From positions 73,906,001 through 73,970,000 of the forward strand of contig OZ076409.1 in assembly GCA_964187785.1 (NCBI GenBank): a stretch of DNA of 64,000 nucleotides. The letters are read 5' to 3'. The first letter of the stretch is position 1. Each line of letters opens with the position of its first letter. Below, piece by piece: positions 61,522 to 64,000 of the stretch. The notes beneath the pieces were generated by a model. That model was not told the origin of the DNA. It did not search any database and saw only the letters and a list, made by a program, of their open reading frames with translations. Source of the stretch: Amphiscolops sp. MND2022. Lineage: Eukaryota. Position numbers and translations under genes: made by a program.

Positions 61522-63509
61522 GTGGGCGGGGGTAATTCCCCAACAAAAAAATCGGCCGGCGGGTCGGGTCCTGCCGGCCGTCCAAAATCAAAATTATACT
61601 AGTAGAAAACGGCCGGTCAAACGAGCTATTTTTTTATTTAACCGTTAGAATTTGGGTTTAGATTGCATGCGGCCATGAAATGGCCATACGAATCGAAGTT
61701 CCTGTTGACGTTTTGCGATTGAAACACTTTATAAAAAGTTATGGCCAATTTGTCAGTCACCTAGAAGGGCAAAATGAGGAAAATTTTAACAAAGTCGCTG
61801 ATATCTCAAAATGTGTTAATTTTTGGACTTTGACTGTGAAACAAGCTTGGAACCTTCATTTCGTGGCTGTGGCATTGCACTGAACACAAAAGCTGTAAAG
61901 TTTTCACATTTTTTGAAAATTCGACATTTTTGAAATTTTTTTCACTACTATCAGTACCCCATATGTCAAAAACACCTCAGAAAAATTTTTTTATTTGCTT
62001 TAAGTTGGAAACCTTGGTATCCATGGTTTCTGTCGGAACCTACTCGCAGCCAAACACCCAACAGTTTGCATCCAATGTGAAATAAAAAATTTTTTCGAGG
62101 TCATAAGCGTTTCACAAGGTTTTCATGATTTAGTATTAAATTACATAGTGGTCATTTTAAACATAAAATTTTGGTCCAGGCATGTCGGATATAGTCTGAA
62201 TGCTCACGAACGGTCCTACTGGCAACGTAGGAACCATTTATAGTAATAAAAAGTATTAAAAATTTTTTTCACCCGGTCTTCAGTCATTTTTCAGATATTC
62301 GGAACTTAACTTAGAAAATTTTCGAACCAAATACCCATTTTTTGTCAGGTCGAAAATTGAAATTCAGCTATTAAAGCAAAATTTTTTACTCTGACGTAAC
62401 CAGTGGGGTCCATGATACTCAAAAATACGATTGGGACTGGTACCAATGGCTCCTATATCATATGAGCCGCGATAAGACGTTATTTTGAGCAATACGTCTC
62501 AATTGAGGTAAACATCTCGCAAGCCTGGGATCACAGTGAAATGTAATTTCATCAAAAAATTACTCATTTTCGTCAATCACTATGTGCATAGAGTGGGTAG
62601 GGTGAGTTCCAACACTATAATGAGGTTTTTGAAGGCATCGGGTTGCTCAAGGGGTGGTATGAGTCATTACTTTCCTATATACAACTGTATTTTCAAAAAC
62701 TTTTAGCCCATTATCTGGAAAAACTAACTTGACAAAATACTTTCAATTACTTTATTCAAAGGTTACAATATAGATGAACACTGTGGTTGATCAGAAACTT
62801 TCATCTCTTTCGTTTTCCGAAATAACTCCTTTCAAATGTGTTACATTTGTAGCAGGAAAAAAAACTGAAACTAAAAAATACGCGATTTTGCTGAGATAGA
62901 ATCGCAATGGTTGCGCCTAAAATCTCTTTAAAAACTTCTAACGCAGCCTTATGGACCCAAAATGATTGAAAATGCCATTCACAATGCTGACATGTGCTCT
63001 TTCTACGATCCTGGCTGGACAAGTTTTGCATTTTTTTCAAGTACCTGTTAACTGAACATTGTGATAGCCTTTCAAGTTGGCCTTGTGTCAACTTGGGAAG
63101 GCTGTCACATCAAAAAACTGTCCACAAAAATACCATTTGTTTATAGGATATTGCTGTCGATGCTTCACTTCGTGATTCGATCATGTCGTGAGTTCCTTCC
63201 ATCAGGTCAGCTAACATTTGGATTCAGTGTTGGATAAGAACCTATGATTTTCATGACAATTTTCGTTTTTTTTTTGCCAACAAAAAGTACAAATAAATGA
63301 TATAAAACATATTTGTAACCTCTAGGAAGTTTAACTTTACCTTTTTTACCGTTACCATCACAACCCACCCCCTACGACCTCGCAGTGTCCTCATTACAAC
63401 GCCACATAGTGTAGCGACGCCCACAGTCTGTGGGCATGCCGAGGCATGCCCTTCGACGACGTATGCCAAAAATAGCGCCCTCCGCGGTCACTACCGCGGT
63501 AGCAGCTAG
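61522..63509 (+). mobile_element. Cassette 33, family A (1988 bp)
   Basis: Collinear with cassette 1. Confidence 0.78.
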
Positions 63510-64000
63510 GTGGTCGTTAGCATGGGATTTTCTTTATGAGCGTAGTCCACTTTTTTTAGGCCGGGGTAGGGTCCCGGGCCGTTACCAATTTCTTACGGAG
63601 GAAAAATGTGAAAATCTGCGAGTTTAAAAAATTGGCCCGTACGATTTGGCTGAAAATTGGCACACAGCATCGTCTTGGTAAACAAATGACTTTGTCCTAG
63701 TGACATTTTGCCCAGAAAATTCAAAAAGTTGGTCAAATTGAAAATTTTTTGACCGTCTAAGGCTAAAATTTGACTTTTTCGCTTTTTTTGGTCAATTTCC
63801 TCAGAACTGGTTGATTTTGGTGAAGTAAGTCATAAGAGGTTATAAGGTCTGCAAAAAGCCATCAATTGGCTTGCATAATCAGATTTTGTCAAAAGTGTTT
63901 AGTTTTTTCAAAATTCCACACTTTTTTTTCATGTCAGTGTTTTTTGATACAATTTATTGAATTTTTACTAAGTTCCACTAAATATTTTTAAAATGTTTTT
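63510..64000 (+). mobile_element. Cassette 34, partial (runs off window)
   Basis: Follows CTAG|GTGG; has GGGGTAGGGTCCC and CGATTTGGCTGAAA 5' modules. Confidence 0.7.

Larger units (their letters stand above)
13450..64000 (+). repeat. Head-to-tail array of 33 complete + 1 partial non-coding cassettes joined at CTAG|GTG
   Basis: 34 junctions read directly. Shared 5' GGG(G/T)AGGG(G/T/C)CC module and 3' CAACGCCCAC..RGGCATGCCGAGGCATGCCYTTCGACGAC..CTAG module. Strand and cut point assigned by analogy with Helitron 3' ends. Confidence 0.95.

Noticed and set aside
15350..63470. CRISPR array (recurring ~45-bp palindromic repeat)
   Set aside because: Intervening segments are 1.2-3 kb and homologous to each other; no cas genes; eukaryotic context.
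13450..64000. Protein-coding genes in the cassettes
   Set aside because: ORFs are short (<150 aa), frames are not preserved between sibling units, and no domains are recognisable; they recur only because the DNA repeats.
13450..64000. TIR-type MITEs, SINEs, solo LTRs or rDNA/5S/tRNA repeats
   Set aside because: No terminal inverted repeats, variable TSDs, poly(A) tails, TG..CA ends or recognisable structural RNA sequence.
13450..64000. True bacterial integron
   Set aside because: No IntI in the window, no GTTRRRY/RYYYAAC attC ends and no cassette genes; the analogy is architectural only.
13450..64000. Ordinary homogenised satellite DNA
   Set aside because: Several highly diverged families in shuffled order with a sharp shared breakpoint. 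Local similarity (16-18, 27-29) suggests only some tandem duplication.

Overview
Eukaryotic, AT-rich DNA, probably from an invertebrate animal (taxon cannot be fixed from sequence alone). Bases 1 to ~10.4 kb are a Helitron-like rolling-circle transposon region on the + strand. It holds an SGNH esterase ORF, an intact ~2,380-aa ORF combining Cys/His clusters, a HUH-Y2 Rep, a Pif1-type helicase and a C-terminal SLX1-like GIY-YIG nuclease, a hairpin+CTAG candidate 3' end, and a frameshifted ~360-aa accessory ORF. A (CTATT)n microsatellite follows at ~11.9-12.8 kb. From 13,450 to the window end is a >50 kb head-to-tail array of 33 complete and 1 partial non-coding cassettes of 1.26-3.07 kb. They fall into several diverged families, are all co-oriented, and lie in shuffled order. 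Of 34 junctions, 33 are the 7-mer CTAGGTG and one is CTGGGTG. Almost every cassette ends in a conserved palindrome (RGGCATGCC-GA-GGCATGCCY, also a near-perfect p53-type site), and nearly all carry a long bulged hairpin further upstream. The array looks like a self-targeting, integron-like stack of non-autonomous mobile units. The adjacent RepHel-GIY-YIG element may serve it, but that link is inference.
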